From NCBI GenBank assembly GCA_018716305.1, contig DVKB01000016.1, positions 937 through 64,936 on the forward strand: DNA of 64,000 nt, in the 5' to 3' direction. This document shows, in pieces, positions 38,643-48,715 of this stretch; positions within the stretch are counted from its first letter, which is position 1; every line of letters begins with the position of its first letter. This stretch comes from Candidatus Scatomonas merdigallinarum. GTDB taxonomy: Bacteria; Bacillota; Clostridia; Lachnospirales; Lachnospiraceae. The notes beneath the pieces are model-generated. The model saw only the letters and a list, made by a program, of their open reading frames with translations, did no database searches and had not been told where the DNA came from. The translations under genes were made by a program, and so were the position numbers.

Positions 38643-39677
38643 CTACCGGCTCTGTAAAAACTGATTTTCCCTGAGCGCCTCCTCATCTCCCGGATACCGT
38701 TCCAGAAACTCCCTCATCTTGGACTGTGCCGTCTCAAAATCCAGCTGCCGCTCATATACCACGATCTCATTATACAGCAGATCCCTCATTACGCTTTCGT
38801 CCCGGCAGCTGATTCCCTGCCGGATATTTCGAAGGGCGCTCTCATAGTCTTCCTCCAGAATATCGCACAAAGCCAGTCCATTGTAGGCTGCCGCCGGATG
38901 GCTGCCCTCCTCCAGGGCATTCTCATAAAGGGTTCTGGCTCCGGCAGTCTCCCCTGTTTCCAGATACAGACTGCCCAGCATACGAAGAGAATCCTCGTCC
39001 CCGTCCTCCGCGGCAGCGCTTAGACCTGCCTGCGCCTTCTGATAATCTCCCAGGTAATAGTAAACCTGAGCCTGAAGCCTGGACTCCTCCGCTCCCTCCG
39101 GGGTAAGCTCCAAAGCTCTCTCCAGATACTCCGCGCCGTCCGCCTCCCGGTTTGCCTCCGTACAGACCTGATAGATCTGCAGACAGATCTGATAGGTAGT
39201 TTCCTGTTCCAGGGCCCGTTCAAAATCTTCCCTGGCTCCCTGCGCGTCGCCTTCCCGGAGTTTGCCGCCGCCCCGGAGTACGTAAGATACGGCATCCTTG
39301 TCTTCCTTGATCAGCTGGTCATAGATCGCCCCGGCCTGGCTGCTCTGCCGGTTCTTCTCATAGGCCTCCGCCTGATAGAGAAGAACATCTCTGCGGAATT
39401 TTCTGTTGCTGTGTTTCATCTCCTCCAGGCTCTGGGAAAACAGCGCGATGGCGCCGGCGTAATCCCCCTGCCGCAGGCTGGCGATTCCCTGCCCCCGGTA
39501 AGCCTCCGCTTTCCTCCCGTCCTGATCCGCTGCCGTCTGAAATTCCTGGACAGCCGCGGAGTAATCTCCCCGGCTTAAGGCGTCCATTCCCCGGTCATAG
39601 GCGCCGGAATCCCGGGCTGCGCATCCCAGCATCAAAAGGCAGAACCCAAGCGCAAATACAGACGCAATTTTTCTCAC
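38643..39677 (-). CDS. Tetratricopeptide-repeat lipoprotein
   Basis: Lipobox-like MLGC; repeated A..Y...G..A TPR helices. Confidence 0.8.
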   Translation of the reverse strand: MRKIASVFALGFCLLMLGCAARDSGAYDRGMDALSRGDYSAAVQEFQTAADQDGRKAEAYRGQGIASLRQGDYAGAIALFSQSLEEMKHSNRKFRRDVLLYQAEAYEKNRQSSQAGAIYDQLIKEDKDAVSYVLRGGGKLREGDAQGAREDFERALEQETTYQICLQIYQVCTEANREADGAEYLERALELTPEGAEESRLQAQVYYYLGDYQKAQAGLSAAAEDGDEDSLRMLGSLYLETGETAGARTLYENALEEGSHPAAAYNGLALCDILEEDYESALRNIRQGISCRDESVMRDLLYNEIVVYERQLDFETAQSKMREFLERYPGDEEALRENQFLQSR

Positions 39678-41017
39678 TGTACTAAATCCTCTTCCTCCAT
39701 GACTACAGCCACCTGCTCCACATAGTTCCGGCAGATTTCATCGGTCTGTGCCTCCACCATAATGCGGATCACCGGCTCTGTGCCGCTTTCCCGGACCAGA
39801 ATACGTCCGTTCTCTCCCAGAGCTTCCTCCACGGCCTTTACCGCCGCCTGTACCCGGGGATTCTCTCTGGCCGCTTTTTTGTCCGCTACACGGACGTTTT
39901 TCAGGAGCTGCGGATAGATGGAAACCTCTCCGGCCAGGGCGCTTAAGGGCCGTTTTTTCTCCAGCAGCACCTCCATAACCATCAGGGAAGTGAGAATTCC
40001 GTCCCCGGTCATGGAATGCTTTCCGAAAATAATATGTCCGGACTGCTCGCCTCCCAGAGAATAGCCGTTGGCTGTCATGTTTTCGCTGACATATTTGTCT
40101 CCCACCGCCGTCTGCTCACAGCGGATCCCTTCCCGCCGGCAGGCCTTGTACAGCCCCAGGTTGGACATGACTGTGGTCACAATGGTATTTTTGTTGAGTT
40201 TTCCCTGCTCCATGAGGTATTTGCCGCAGACATACATAATCCGGTCGCCGTCCACTACATTTCCCTGTTCGTCCACAGCGATGCAGCGGTCCGCGTCCCC
40301 GTCGTAGGCAAATCCCACATCCAGACCCCGCTCCGCTACAAAGCGCTGCAGTTCTTCAATGTGGGTGGAGCCGCAGTTCTCATTGATATTCAGTCCGTTG
40401 GGCTCATTGTGGATCACAGAAGTTCTGGCTCCCAGCGCGTCGAAGACTCCCTTAGCAATAGAAGAGGCGCTGCCATTGGAGCAGTCCAGTCCTACCTTCA
40501 TATTGCTGTAGGAGCGGCTGGGAATAGACAGCAGGTGTCCGATATAGCGGCTGCGGCCGGCAGCGAAGTCTACGGTGCGGCCGATTTTTTCTCTTTTTGC
40601 CAGAGGCAGCTCCGGACGGAGTCCGTCCATATATTCCTCTATCTCCTGTTCCACAGAAGCCTCCAGCTTCTGTCCCAGACCATTGATAACTTTAATTCCG
40701 TTGTCATAATAGGGATTGTGGCTGGCGGAGATCATAATGCCGCAGTCAAACCCCTCTGTCCGGACCACATAGGAAACACTGGGTGTAGTGGTCACATGGA
40801 GCAGATAGGCGTCCGCGCCGGAAGCCGTCAGACCTGCCGCCAGAGAATACTCAAACATATAGCTGGAGCGGCGGGTATCCTTTCCAATGACAATTTTCGC
40901 TTTATGCTCCCGCCCGAAATACCATCCCAGGTAGCGCCCCACCTGGTAGGCATGTTCTACCGTAAGATTTACATTGGCTTCTCCCCGGAAGCCGTCGGTT
41001 CCGAAATATTTACCCAT
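39674..41017 (-). CDS. glmM: Phosphoglucosamine mutase
   Basis: KYFGTDGFRG, ISASHNP, DGDADR, GGEQSGH, VRESGTEP. Confidence 0.96.
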   Translation of the reverse strand: MGKYFGTDGFRGEANVNLTVEHAYQVGRYLGWYFGREHKAKIVIGKDTRRSSYMFEYSLAAGLTASGADAYLLHVTTTPSVSYVVRTEGFDCGIMISASHNPYYDNGIKVINGLGQKLEASVEQEIEEYMDGLRPELPLAKREKIGRTVDFAAGRSRYIGHLLSIPSRSYSNMKVGLDCSNGSASSIAKGVFDALGARTSVIHNEPNGLNINENCGSTHIEELQRFVAERGLDVGFAYDGDADRCIAVDEQGNVVDGDRIMYVCGKYLMEQGKLNKNTIVTTVMSNLGLYKACRREGIRCEQTAVGDKYVSENMTANGYSLGGEQSGHIIFGKHSMTGDGILTSLMVMEVLLEKKRPLSALAGEVSIYPQLLKNVRVADKKAARENPRVQAAVKAVEEALGENGRILVRESGTEPVIRIMVEAQTDEICRNYVEQVAVVMEEEDLVQ

Positions 41018-41040
41018 ACTCTATGCCTCCCGATTTTGAC

Positions 41041-42117
41041 TTACGCGCTTTCCTGCAGGTTTGCCAGCTTGGCGGCCTGATCCGCCGCTGTCAGGCTGTC
41101 GATGAGTTCGTCCAGATCCCCGTCCATAATACTGTCAATCTTGTGCAGGGTCAGCTTGATCCGGTGGTCTGTCACCCTTCCCTGGGGGAAATTGTAGGTG
41201 CGTATCTTTTCTGAACGGTCTCCGGTGCCCACCTGGCTCTTCCGCAGCTGCGCCTCTTCATCGTGCTGCTTCTCCAGTTCCATCTCATAGAGACGGGAGC
41301 GGAGGACCTTCAGCGCCTTCTCTTTGTTCTTTAACTGTGATTTTTCGTCCTGGCAGGAAATCACGATCCCCGTAGGAATGTGGGTCAGGCGCACCGCCGA
41401 GTCTGTGGTATTGACGCACTGGCCGCCGTTTCCGGAAGCACGGAACACATCAAATCTGCAGTCGTTCAGATCCAGATGGAAATCAATCTCCTCCGCCTCC
41501 GGCATAATTGCCACTGTGATGGTGGAAGTATGGATTCTGCCTCCGCTCTCCGTCTCCGGCACCCGCTGTACCCGGTGCACGCCGCTTTCGTATTTCAGCC
41601 GGGAATAGGCCCCGCTGCCGCTGAGCAGGAACGTCACCTCTTTAAACCCGCCGATGCCGTTTTCGTTGAGGCTCAGCATTTCTGTCTTCCAGCGGCGGGA
41701 TTCCGCGTATTTCACATACATCCGGTAGATCTCCGCCGCGAACAGGGCCGCCTCGTCTCCCCCGGCCCCGGCCCGGATCTCCACAATCACATTCTTGCTG
41801 TCGTTGGGGTCCTTGGGAAGCAGCAGGATCTTCAGCTGGTGTTCCAGCTCTTCCTCTTTTTTTCTGGCTTCCGCCAATTCCTCCTTCAGCATCTCCCGCA
41901 TTTCCTCGTCGTTTTCTCCCTCCAGAAGCTCCAGACTGTCGGAAATGGTCTCTTTATTTTTTTTGTAGGCCAGATAGGTATCGGCAATGGGCTGAAGTTC
42001 CGCCTGCTCTTTCATCAGCCGCTGAAACCGGCCGGCGTCCTCCGCCACTCCGGGTTCATTCAGCTGCCGCAGGATCTCCTCCAGCCGGATCAGAATATCC
42101 TCCAGCTTATCAAACAT
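41041..42117 (-). CDS. prfA: Peptide chain release factor 1
   Basis: [11 protein letters not shown] (PET recognition tripeptide), GGQ motif, RTYNFPQ. Confidence 0.97.
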   Translation of the reverse strand: MFDKLEDILIRLEEILRQLNEPGVAEDAGRFQRLMKEQAELQPIADTYLAYKKNKETISDSLELLEGENDEEMREMLKEELAEARKKEEELEHQLKILLLPKDPNDSKNVIVEIRAGAGGDEAALFAAEIYRMYVKYAESRRWKTEMLSLNENGIGGFKEVTFLLSGSGAYSRLKYESGVHRVQRVPETESGGRIHTSTITVAIMPEAEEIDFHLDLNDCRFDVFRASGNGGQCVNTTDSAVRLTHIPTGIVISCQDEKSQLKNKEKALKVLRSRLYEMELEKQHDEEAQLRKSQVGTGDRSEKIRTYNFPQGRVTDHRIKLTLHKIDSIMDGDLDELIDSLTAADQAAKLANLQESA

Positions 42118-42121
42118 TTTC

Positions 42122-42994
42122 TCACTCCTTCTGATCTGGCGCCGGCCCCAGGCAGCCTGCCGCTACCCGATCCAGACCTGCCAGATCTTTTATGATCTCC
42201 ACGGATGAAAAACCGGCCTCCCGCAAAAGGCTTCGCAGGCTTTCCCCCTGGTCATATCCGATTTCCAGGCAGAGCCAGCCGCCCGGTTTCAGGTACTCCG
42301 GGGCCTCCCGGACAATTCTTCTGTAAAAATCCAGGCCGTCCTCTCCGCCGTCCAGAGCCTGCCGAGGCTCATGGTCCCTGACCTCCGGATCCAGTTCCGG
42401 AATCACTCCCGCCGCGATATAGGGGGGATTGGAAAGAATCATGTCAAACCTTCCCCCTACCTTTTCAAAAAGATCGCTCTCGATCCATCCCGCTTTCGCC
42501 TTCAGCCGTTTCCGGTTCAGCTCCGCCATCCGCAGGGCCGCCGGGGAAATATCCGTGCCCACGCCGCTGACAGAAGCTTCCTTGAGGATCGTCAGCAGAA
42601 TGCAGCCGCTGCCGGTACACAGATCCAGAATCCGCATGCCCGGTATGATCCGTTTCAAGGCCTCCTCCACCAGCACCTCCGTGTCCTGCCGGGGAATCAG
42701 CACATCCGGATTTACCCGGAAGGAGCGGCCGTAAAACCAGGCCTCCCCGGTGAGATACTGCGCCGGCACATGCTCTCCCCGGCGGATCACAAGGTTCCGG
42801 TAATCTTCCCGGTCCTCCTCCGGCATCTCCTCGTACATATGCATATAGTAAAAACTGCGGTCAATATTGGCCGCGTATTCCATTAAGAGCCAGGCGTCCG
42901 TCTTCGCGTCGGCGATTCCCCGCTGCCGCAGATAAGCGGCGGCTGAATCCCGGCACTCTTTAAAAGAGCGGCCGCTGCCGCCGGGCCTAACCAA
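42122..42994 (-). CDS. prmC: Release factor glutamine methyltransferase (start uncertain)
   Basis: [32 protein letters not shown]; TTG 42994 is a tentative start. Confidence 0.92.
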   Translation of the reverse strand: MVRPGGSGRSFKECRDSAAAYLRQRGIADAKTDAWLLMEYAANIDRSFYYMHMYEEMPEEDREDYRNLVIRRGEHVPAQYLTGEAWFYGRSFRVNPDVLIPRQDTEVLVEEALKRIIPGMRILDLCTGSGCILLTILKEASVSGVGTDISPAALRMAELNRKRLKAKAGWIESDLFEKVGGRFDMILSNPPYIAAGVIPELDPEVRDHEPRQALDGGEDGLDFYRRIVREAPEYLKPGGWLCLEIGYDQGESLRSLLREAGFSSVEIIKDLAGLDRVAAGCLGPAPDQKE

Positions 42995-44003
42995 CCCGGC
43001 CGGAAAGAATTTCTCTCTCCGCCTCGCAGGAAGCTTCTTTGCCGGAGTACCCGAAATTTTCCCGCAGATATGCCTTCCAGTCAAACACCGCCTCCACCGC
43101 GGCGATGGCCACCTCCGCCTGAGCGGCGTCCGGCTCCCGGGTAGTCAGCTTCTGCAGCGCCAGGCCGGGTTTGCTTAAGGCGTTGACCAGGGGATTGTCG
43201 GAACGTCCGGCCAGCCGGATGATCTCAAAGGATACCCCGGCAATCACCGGCACCAGCAGCAAACGCACCACAATCCGCAGCACCGGAGATTCCATCTGCA
43301 CAAACATCAGCAGTACGGCGCTGACGATAATGACAAAAAACAGGAAGCTGGTGCCGCAGCGCTTGTGAAGTCTGGAACTTTTCAGGACATTTTCCACATT
43401 CAGCTCCATGCCGTGCTCAATGCAGTTGATGCACTTGTGTTCCGCCCCATGATACATAAAGGTTCTCTGGATATCCTTCATCCTGGAAATCAGGATCAGA
43501 TATGCCAGGAAAATCCCCACCCGCACCAGAGCCTCTGTGACGGAAAGGATCCAGGTGGTGTCTGTCACATTCCGCAGAAGGCTGGTAAGAAAATAGGGCA
43601 GCATCATAAACACCGCCACCGCGATAACAAGGGAAAACGCCACTACCCCGTACATCAGGGCGGACTCCTGCTTCTTTTCTTTTTCTCTGTGCTTCTCCAG
43701 TTCCTCGGCGGACATTTTTTCTTCCCGCTTCCGCCGCTGCTCCTTTTCCTCCTCGTCCTCCTCGATGAAGGAGGCGGAATACATGAGACATTTCATACCC
43801 ACCACCAGAGAATCCACGAAACTGATGACTCCCCGGATAATGGGAATTTTTCTTAAGGTTTTGCATTCAATGAAGCTTTTGTAAGGCTCCACCTTTACCT
43901 TAATCTCGTTGTCGGGCGTGCGCACCGCAATGGAATATTCCTCCTCATGACGCATCATGATTCCCTCCATCACCGCCTGGCCGCCAATGTTGGATGATTT
44001 CAT
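42987..44003 (-). CDS. DUF1385 (YqhQ-like) membrane protein
   Basis: IGGQAVMEG, YHGAEHK, HKRCGTSF, TTREPD; usual position between rpmE and prmC. Confidence 0.9.
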   Translation of the reverse strand: MKSSNIGGQAVMEGIMMRHEEEYSIAVRTPDNEIKVKVEPYKSFIECKTLRKIPIIRGVISFVDSLVVGMKCLMYSASFIEEDEEEKEQRRKREEKMSAEELEKHREKEKKQESALMYGVVAFSLVIAVAVFMMLPYFLTSLLRNVTDTTWILSVTEALVRVGIFLAYLILISRMKDIQRTFMYHGAEHKCINCIEHGMELNVENVLKSSRLHKRCGTSFLFFVIIVSAVLLMFVQMESPVLRIVVRLLLVPVIAGVSFEIIRLAGRSDNPLVNALSKPGLALQKLTTREPDAAQAEVAIAAVEAVFDWKAYLRENFGYSGKEASCEAEREILSGRVG

Positions 44004-44052
44004 CTCTCTTCTCCCTGTAGGCTGCCCGCAGGACGGGCAGTGTCTTTATAGT

Positions 44053-44090
44053 AAAACAGGTTGAGATTTTGCAACCTCAACCCTGTCTTT
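44053..44090 (-). terminator. Terminator after rpmE
   Basis: acaggttgag / ctcaaccctgt stem with a T run on the minus strand. Confidence 0.65.
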
Positions 44091-44126
44091 CCTGCATTGT
44101 CGCTGTACCTTCAGGCACACCGCTTT

Positions 44127-44324
44127 TTACATGCCATATTTTTTGTTGAATTTCTCAATACGTCCCCGGGCTGCCGCTGCCTTCTGCTGTCCGGTGTAGA
44201 ACGGATGGCATTTGGAGCAGATTTCTACGTGGATGTCCTGCTTGGTGGAACCGGTCTTAAACGTATTGCCGCAGTTGCATGTAACGGTTGCCTCATAATA
44301 TTCCGGATGGATTCCCTCTTTCAC
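44127..44324 (-). CDS. rpmE: 50S ribosomal protein L31, Zn-binding type
   Basis: [11 protein letters not shown]...[10 protein letters not shown]; GTG start after a gagg RBS. Confidence 0.97.
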   Translation of the reverse strand: MKEGIHPEYYEATVTCNCGNTFKTGSTKQDIHVEICSKCHPFYTGQQKAAAARGRIEKFNKKYGM

Positions 44325-44462
44325 TGTTTTCACCTCTTCCATAATTGTTTATCATATCCTATTGGAATATCTGTCGTGTTCGATTGCCGGATTCGCTGTT
44401 CTGCAATCCGACAGCTAATAGATTATAGCATACCTTTTCAGCAAATGCAAGCTGAGAAATGA

Positions 44463-45104
44463 TTAAAATCCCCCTGTTTTTTTCAGGATTTTTTCATGAA
44501 CGCGGCCCATCAGACAGTTTACCACATAATAAGTGGTCTCGTAATGCATATACTGCAGGGTATTTTCATCAAACAAAACAGACAGCTGGGCCGGAAATTC
44601 CTCATCTCCGTAATAAAACCGCAGGCGCAGGGGAAAGAAGGGGAACACCGGGATCTCATATCCCATATCGCCCATAGGCACTTCCCGTCCCCCCAATTCC
44701 CCGCAGGCTTCCCGGAAGGCCTCCGGATACCGGTCAATCTCCTGCTCATACCGCTGCACCGCATTGTCCCCCAGGCCGTTGTTCTGTCCCACTCCCGGAA
44801 GGCTGTTGACCAGGCACCAGCGGCCGCTTAAGGCAGCCTCCGGCCTGGAGTAGCAGAGGATATCATAGATCGATAAAACCTCCTCATAATTTCCGGGTAC
44901 TGCCCCCCTGCGGAAATCCCCGTCTCCCTCCGGGCTTTTTTCCACCACTCCGGTACTTCTCTCAATCCGGTATCTTGCTCCGCAGAAATCTAAATAAAGA
45001 TACTTCTCGCTGTAATCCAGTCCGAAACGGCGGATCATGTCCTCCTGGCTGTACTTCAGAAACTCCGGCCGGATCCTTTCTTTTGTGATCTCATAATTAT
45101 TCAT
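44463..45104 (-). CDS. DUF3786-like protein
   Basis: 213 aa; IPVFPFFPLRLRFYYGDEEFPAQLSVLFD resembles the DUF3786 C-terminal pattern. Confidence 0.75.
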   Translation of the reverse strand: MNNYEITKERIRPEFLKYSQEDMIRRFGLDYSEKYLYLDFCGARYRIERSTGVVEKSPEGDGDFRRGAVPGNYEEVLSIYDILCYSRPEAALSGRWCLVNSLPGVGQNNGLGDNAVQRYEQEIDRYPEAFREACGELGGREVPMGDMGYEIPVFPFFPLRLRFYYGDEEFPAQLSVLFDENTLQYMHYETTYYVVNCLMGRVHEKILKKTGGF

Positions 45105-45201
45105 GGTCTTTCCCGTTTCCTTTCGAAACTGATTCTGAGATCAGTATACATGGCCCGGCAAAATTCGTAAAGTGCCGATCTGCTTTCTGCCCGTTTCACT
45201 T

Positions 45202-45891
45202 TCAGGCCGGCGTATCCGCTGTTTTTCCGGAAGCACCGCTCTTTCTGCTTTCCTTTTTAGAAAACAGCAGCGGTTCCAGAAATTTCAGCATTTTTCCAAA
45301 CATTCTGGCAATAAAGCCCACCAGAAGGGCAACGATGATGGTTCCCTCTCTGACTCCTTCCAGGCGGCGGGCCAGCAGCAGAGACAGAAGGGCGGCGCAC
45401 ACTGCCATCGTCACATCAAACAGAACCTTTGTAATCCCAAATTCTTTTTTAGACACGGCAGAAACAGCCCGTACAAAAGACTCCCCCGGCAGCATAACTA
45501 CATTGGCCAGTACTTCCAGATACACACCGAAGCCGAGAACCAGACACCCTATCAGCAAAGCAAGAATTTTTGCCGGATAGGCCGCCGGATGGATAAAATG
45601 GAACAGCTCCATGGTCAGATCAATAAAATATCCAAATAAAATAGTAGCGGGAATCTGGAGAAAATATTCCGGTTTAAAATCTTTCCGAAGGATCAAAAGC
45701 TGAAGAAGGATCAGAAATGCATTGAAAATAACGGTAAACGCTCCCAGGGTCAGAGGAAAATTCAGGCTGAGCACATAGGGAACAGATGAGATGGGAGAAG
45801 TTCCCAGATCTGCCAGGGTAATCAGGCTGACCCCCAGTGAGTTAATAAAAAGTCCAACAAAAAACACCACATAACGTTTCATTTTTTCCAT
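45202..45891 (-). CDS. YczE/YitT-like membrane protein
   Basis: LGTSPISSVPYVL, VREGTII; about 6 TM segments; downstream of marR. Confidence 0.85.
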   Translation of the reverse strand: MEKMKRYVVFFVGLFINSLGVSLITLADLGTSPISSVPYVLSLNFPLTLGAFTVIFNAFLILLQLLILRKDFKPEYFLQIPATILFGYFIDLTMELFHFIHPAAYPAKILALLIGCLVLGFGVYLEVLANVVMLPGESFVRAVSAVSKKEFGITKVLFDVTMAVCAALLSLLLARRLEGVREGTIIVALLVGFIARMFGKMLKFLEPLLFSKKESRKSGASGKTADTPA

Positions 45892-45895
45892 ATAT

Positions 45896-46321
45896 TTAGG
45901 CCTCCTCTTCTGTCATATTCTTATATATATGAAAAAACAGTTCCATAAATTGCTGTCTGTCTTCCGCCGAAAAACCCCGAAACGCGGTTTCCTCCAGTTT
46001 TTTAAATTTGTCCTGTATGATCCCCAGAAGTTCCTCTCCCTTGTCCGTCAGGAAAATATAATAGGTTCTGCGGTTTCCGCCCAGCATCCGGCGCTCTACC
46101 ATTCCCTTTTCTTCCATGCGGTTTAAGATAGAAGTCAGAGAACCCGGCTCGATCCTGCAGCCTTCCGCCAGTTCTTTCTGGCTGGCCCCGTTGTGATCCT
46201 GAAGATAGTCCAGCACCTTGGGCTGTCCCGCTGTCAGTTCTGTCTCTTTCAGATCTGTCAGCAGCTTCTTCTGCAGCAGCATGTGATTGGTCATCAGCAT
46301 ATAATGATAGGTCGGTTTCAC
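45896..46321 (-). CDS. MarR-family regulator
   Basis: LTAGQPKVL.YL, QKELA, SLTSILNRME.KG.VER, RR.Y.I.LT.KG. Confidence 0.93.
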   Translation of the reverse strand: MKPTYHYMLMTNHMLLQKKLLTDLKETELTAGQPKVLDYLQDHNGASQKELAEGCRIEPGSLTSILNRMEEKGMVERRMLGGNRRTYYIFLTDKGEELLGIIQDKFKKLEETAFRGFSAEDRQQFMELFFHIYKNMTEEEA

Positions 46322-46359
46322 TTTACTCCCTCCTTTCCCCGGCCACGGCTGCCAGGAAT

Positions 46360-46434
46360 ATAGTTATAATTATAATTATTTGAATTATAACTATTTCATC
46401 ACACAATTATACGCAGTCTTTGTTCCCGCGTCAA
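46360..46434 (-). promoter_or_regulatory. marR promoter and candidate MarR operator
   Basis: TTGACG (46434-46429), 17 nt, TATAAT (46411-46406); perfect 12-bp inverted repeat atagttataatt (46360-46371) / aattataactat (46383-46394). Confidence 0.75.
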
Positions 46435-46510
46435 GCATAAATCGGGCAGAGATGCCTGCAGATCCGGCAGGATAAGTTACTTTCCCGGATCCTTTCCCAC
46501 GGAAGATCGC

Positions 46511-46543
46511 AAAACGCACCCTACCCATGGCAGAGTGCGTTTT
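46511..46543. terminator. Hairpin/terminator after the LacI-SBP gene
   Basis: aaaacgcac / gtgcgtttt stem. Confidence 0.6.
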
Positions 46544-46550
46544 CAACGTT

Positions 46551-48599
46551 TTATTTTTCAAACACATAATTGGGATTTTCTTTAAAGGCCTGGGTCAGTT
46601 CCTCCCCGGCTTCCTCTTTGAAGACCTGTTTCCAGGCGCGGAGAAGATTTTCCGGCGTCACCGTAATGGGTTCTACTCCCACAAAGGAGGGCACCTCTTC
46701 TCCCAATACAGATTTTACAGCCGCCAGGGCAATGGCCTGGCCCTGTTCAAAGGGGCACTGGGCGCTGAGGGCTTTGACCATGCCTCCTTTTGCCATGTTC
46801 ATGGCCACGGCGTAATCCAGGTCTCCGGTGGAGATGGCGATATCCGTGCGTCCCAGCTCCGTCAGGGCCTCAATGCTTTCTATGGCCGGACCGTCCCAGG
46901 AAATGTAGAGGGCCTCGATCTCCGGATATCTTTTTATCAGTTCCCGGGTTTTTCTGTAAACCTCTCCCTCATTTTCAAACCGGACTTCTCCGCACAGCCG
47001 CAGATCCGGATATTCTTCCGCAAGGACCTGTTTCGCCGCGTTGTCCCGCTGATTGGTGGCGTAGAAATCCGCGTTGTGCACAATCACGCCGTAGTTTTTC
47101 AGCCCATGCCGGTACATGTACTCCCCCAGCCCGTGCCCCATATTCTGTCCATGGGAGCGCTCGTTGACAGAGACACAGGTGACGTAATCCTCCCGGGAGA
47201 GGCCTTCCGGCACACTGTTGATCAGCACCAGCTTCATGCCGCTTTCCGCGATCTTCCGGAAAGCTTCGGAGGTGCGCTTGTTGTCCGAGGGGATGGCGAT
47301 CATGATATCCGGCTTCAGAAGTGCCAGACTTTCCAGCTGCCTGCACTGCAGCTGGGGATCAAAATGCGCGTCTGTAATGGCGATGACAGAGATCCCCATC
47401 CTGTCAAAAACGTTGCGGATCCCCCTCTGATGAAGTTCCATCCAGGCCTTCCCGGCATAGTGGAAGGAAATGGCCGCTGTCAGCTTTTTCTGCCGGATAA
47501 CGGAAATCTTATCTTCCGGAACGATCAGCTCCTCCATGGCGGCCGCCCGCTCGCCAAAGGGGCCTCTGCCGATCCCCCGGGTGGAATCCCGGATGACCAG
47601 CTTCATGGACAGGGTCTCCGTTTTATAGACCTCTTTGAAGGCCGGCTGGTTGGCCGGTTCCTGACGGGCGATGCGCTTCAGCAGTGTATCCGCCGCCAGC
47701 TCCGCATAGGGCTCCACATCCTGCTCGATGGTGGTGAGGGCCGGCGTGTACAGAGGCGCCCATTCAAAAAAGTCAAAGCAGACCACGGAAATGTCCCCCG
47801 GACATTGAATGTTGTGAGCGCTGATATATTTTAAAAAGGGCGTTACTACCGCGTAATTTGCCAGCAGCACCGCTGTGGGCATATGATCTTTTTCCAGCAG
47901 CCGGTCCATGGCCTCAAAAAAATCCATGTCATTCTGGAGATGGGGATAAATGTACGCCTCCTCGGCCGGGATCCCCGACTCTTCCAGCGCTTTTTTATAG
48001 CCCTCCAGGCGCATGGGCATCCGGTCGCTGCTTCGGCCAAGAAAGGCGATCCGTTCGTGTCCCTTGTTGATCAGGTGCTTGGTCCCTTTGTAGGCCCCCT
48101 CAAAGGTATCAGTGCAGACCGTATCCGCCAGATAGCCTTCCACCTCTCTTCCCAGAATGACCACCGGTACCCGGGCGTCCGCCAGCACATGCTTAATCAG
48201 GAGATCTTTTTCATCAGGAAAAACAATGAGCCCGGCGGCTGCGTTCCCCTGGACCACCGCCTGCAGGAACCCTGCCATCCCATCGATGTCCGCTCCGCAT
48301 TCAATGGTGACCAGCGTGTATTCCGTACTCTTTAGTTTTTCATCTATCTTCCGCTCCACCCGGCGCTGAAAATTGCTCTGCTTGTCCGAGAGCAGCATAA
48401 AGATATATTTTCCGTCTTTTTCAAAGAACGGCGTCATCTTTTTTTTCAATACAAAATTCGGAGGCGTCTCCAGCTCCCGTATGGCCCTCTCAACTTTTTC
48501 CACCTTCTCCGGGCTTACATAACGGGTTTTATTTACTACGTGTGAAACTGTGGAGACGGAAACCCCCGCCATTTTTGCTATGTCATTGATCGTTGCCAT
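46551..48599 (-). CDS. LacI-family regulator fused to a second C-terminal sugar-binding domain (682 aa)
   Basis: MATINDIAKMAGVSVSTVSHV HTH, LacI core (LGR..E..RLEGY, VVCFD, LTTI.Q), then an uninterrupted domain alignable to the SBP at 52383-53576. Confidence 0.88.
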   Translation of the reverse strand: MATINDIAKMAGVSVSTVSHVVNKTRYVSPEKVEKVERAIRELETPPNFVLKKKMTPFFEKDGKYIFMLLSDKQSNFQRRVERKIDEKLKSTEYTLVTIECGADIDGMAGFLQAVVQGNAAAGLIVFPDEKDLLIKHVLADARVPVVILGREVEGYLADTVCTDTFEGAYKGTKHLINKGHERIAFLGRSSDRMPMRLEGYKKALEESGIPAEEAYIYPHLQNDMDFFEAMDRLLEKDHMPTAVLLANYAVVTPFLKYISAHNIQCPGDISVVCFDFFEWAPLYTPALTTIEQDVEPYAELAADTLLKRIARQEPANQPAFKEVYKTETLSMKLVIRDSTRGIGRGPFGERAAAMEELIVPEDKISVIRQKKLTAAISFHYAGKAWMELHQRGIRNVFDRMGISVIAITDAHFDPQLQCRQLESLALLKPDIMIAIPSDNKRTSEAFRKIAESGMKLVLINSVPEGLSREDYVTCVSVNERSHGQNMGHGLGEYMYRHGLKNYGVIVHNADFYATNQRDNAAKQVLAEEYPDLRLCGEVRFENEGEVYRKTRELIKRYPEIEALYISWDGPAIESIEALTELGRTDIAISTGDLDYAVAMNMAKGGMVKALSAQCPFEQGQAIALAAVKSVLGEEVPSFVGVEPITVTPENLLRAWKQVFKEEAGEELTQAFKENPNYVFEK

Positions 48600-48715
48600 T
48601 TTTTCCACCCATCTGTCTGTTCTACTAAACTCCATTATACAGGCCCGGCAAAAAAAAATCAATTTCTCATATTGCCGGACGGGAAAGGGGCCGCATTTCT
48701 GCAGCCCCTGTCTGT

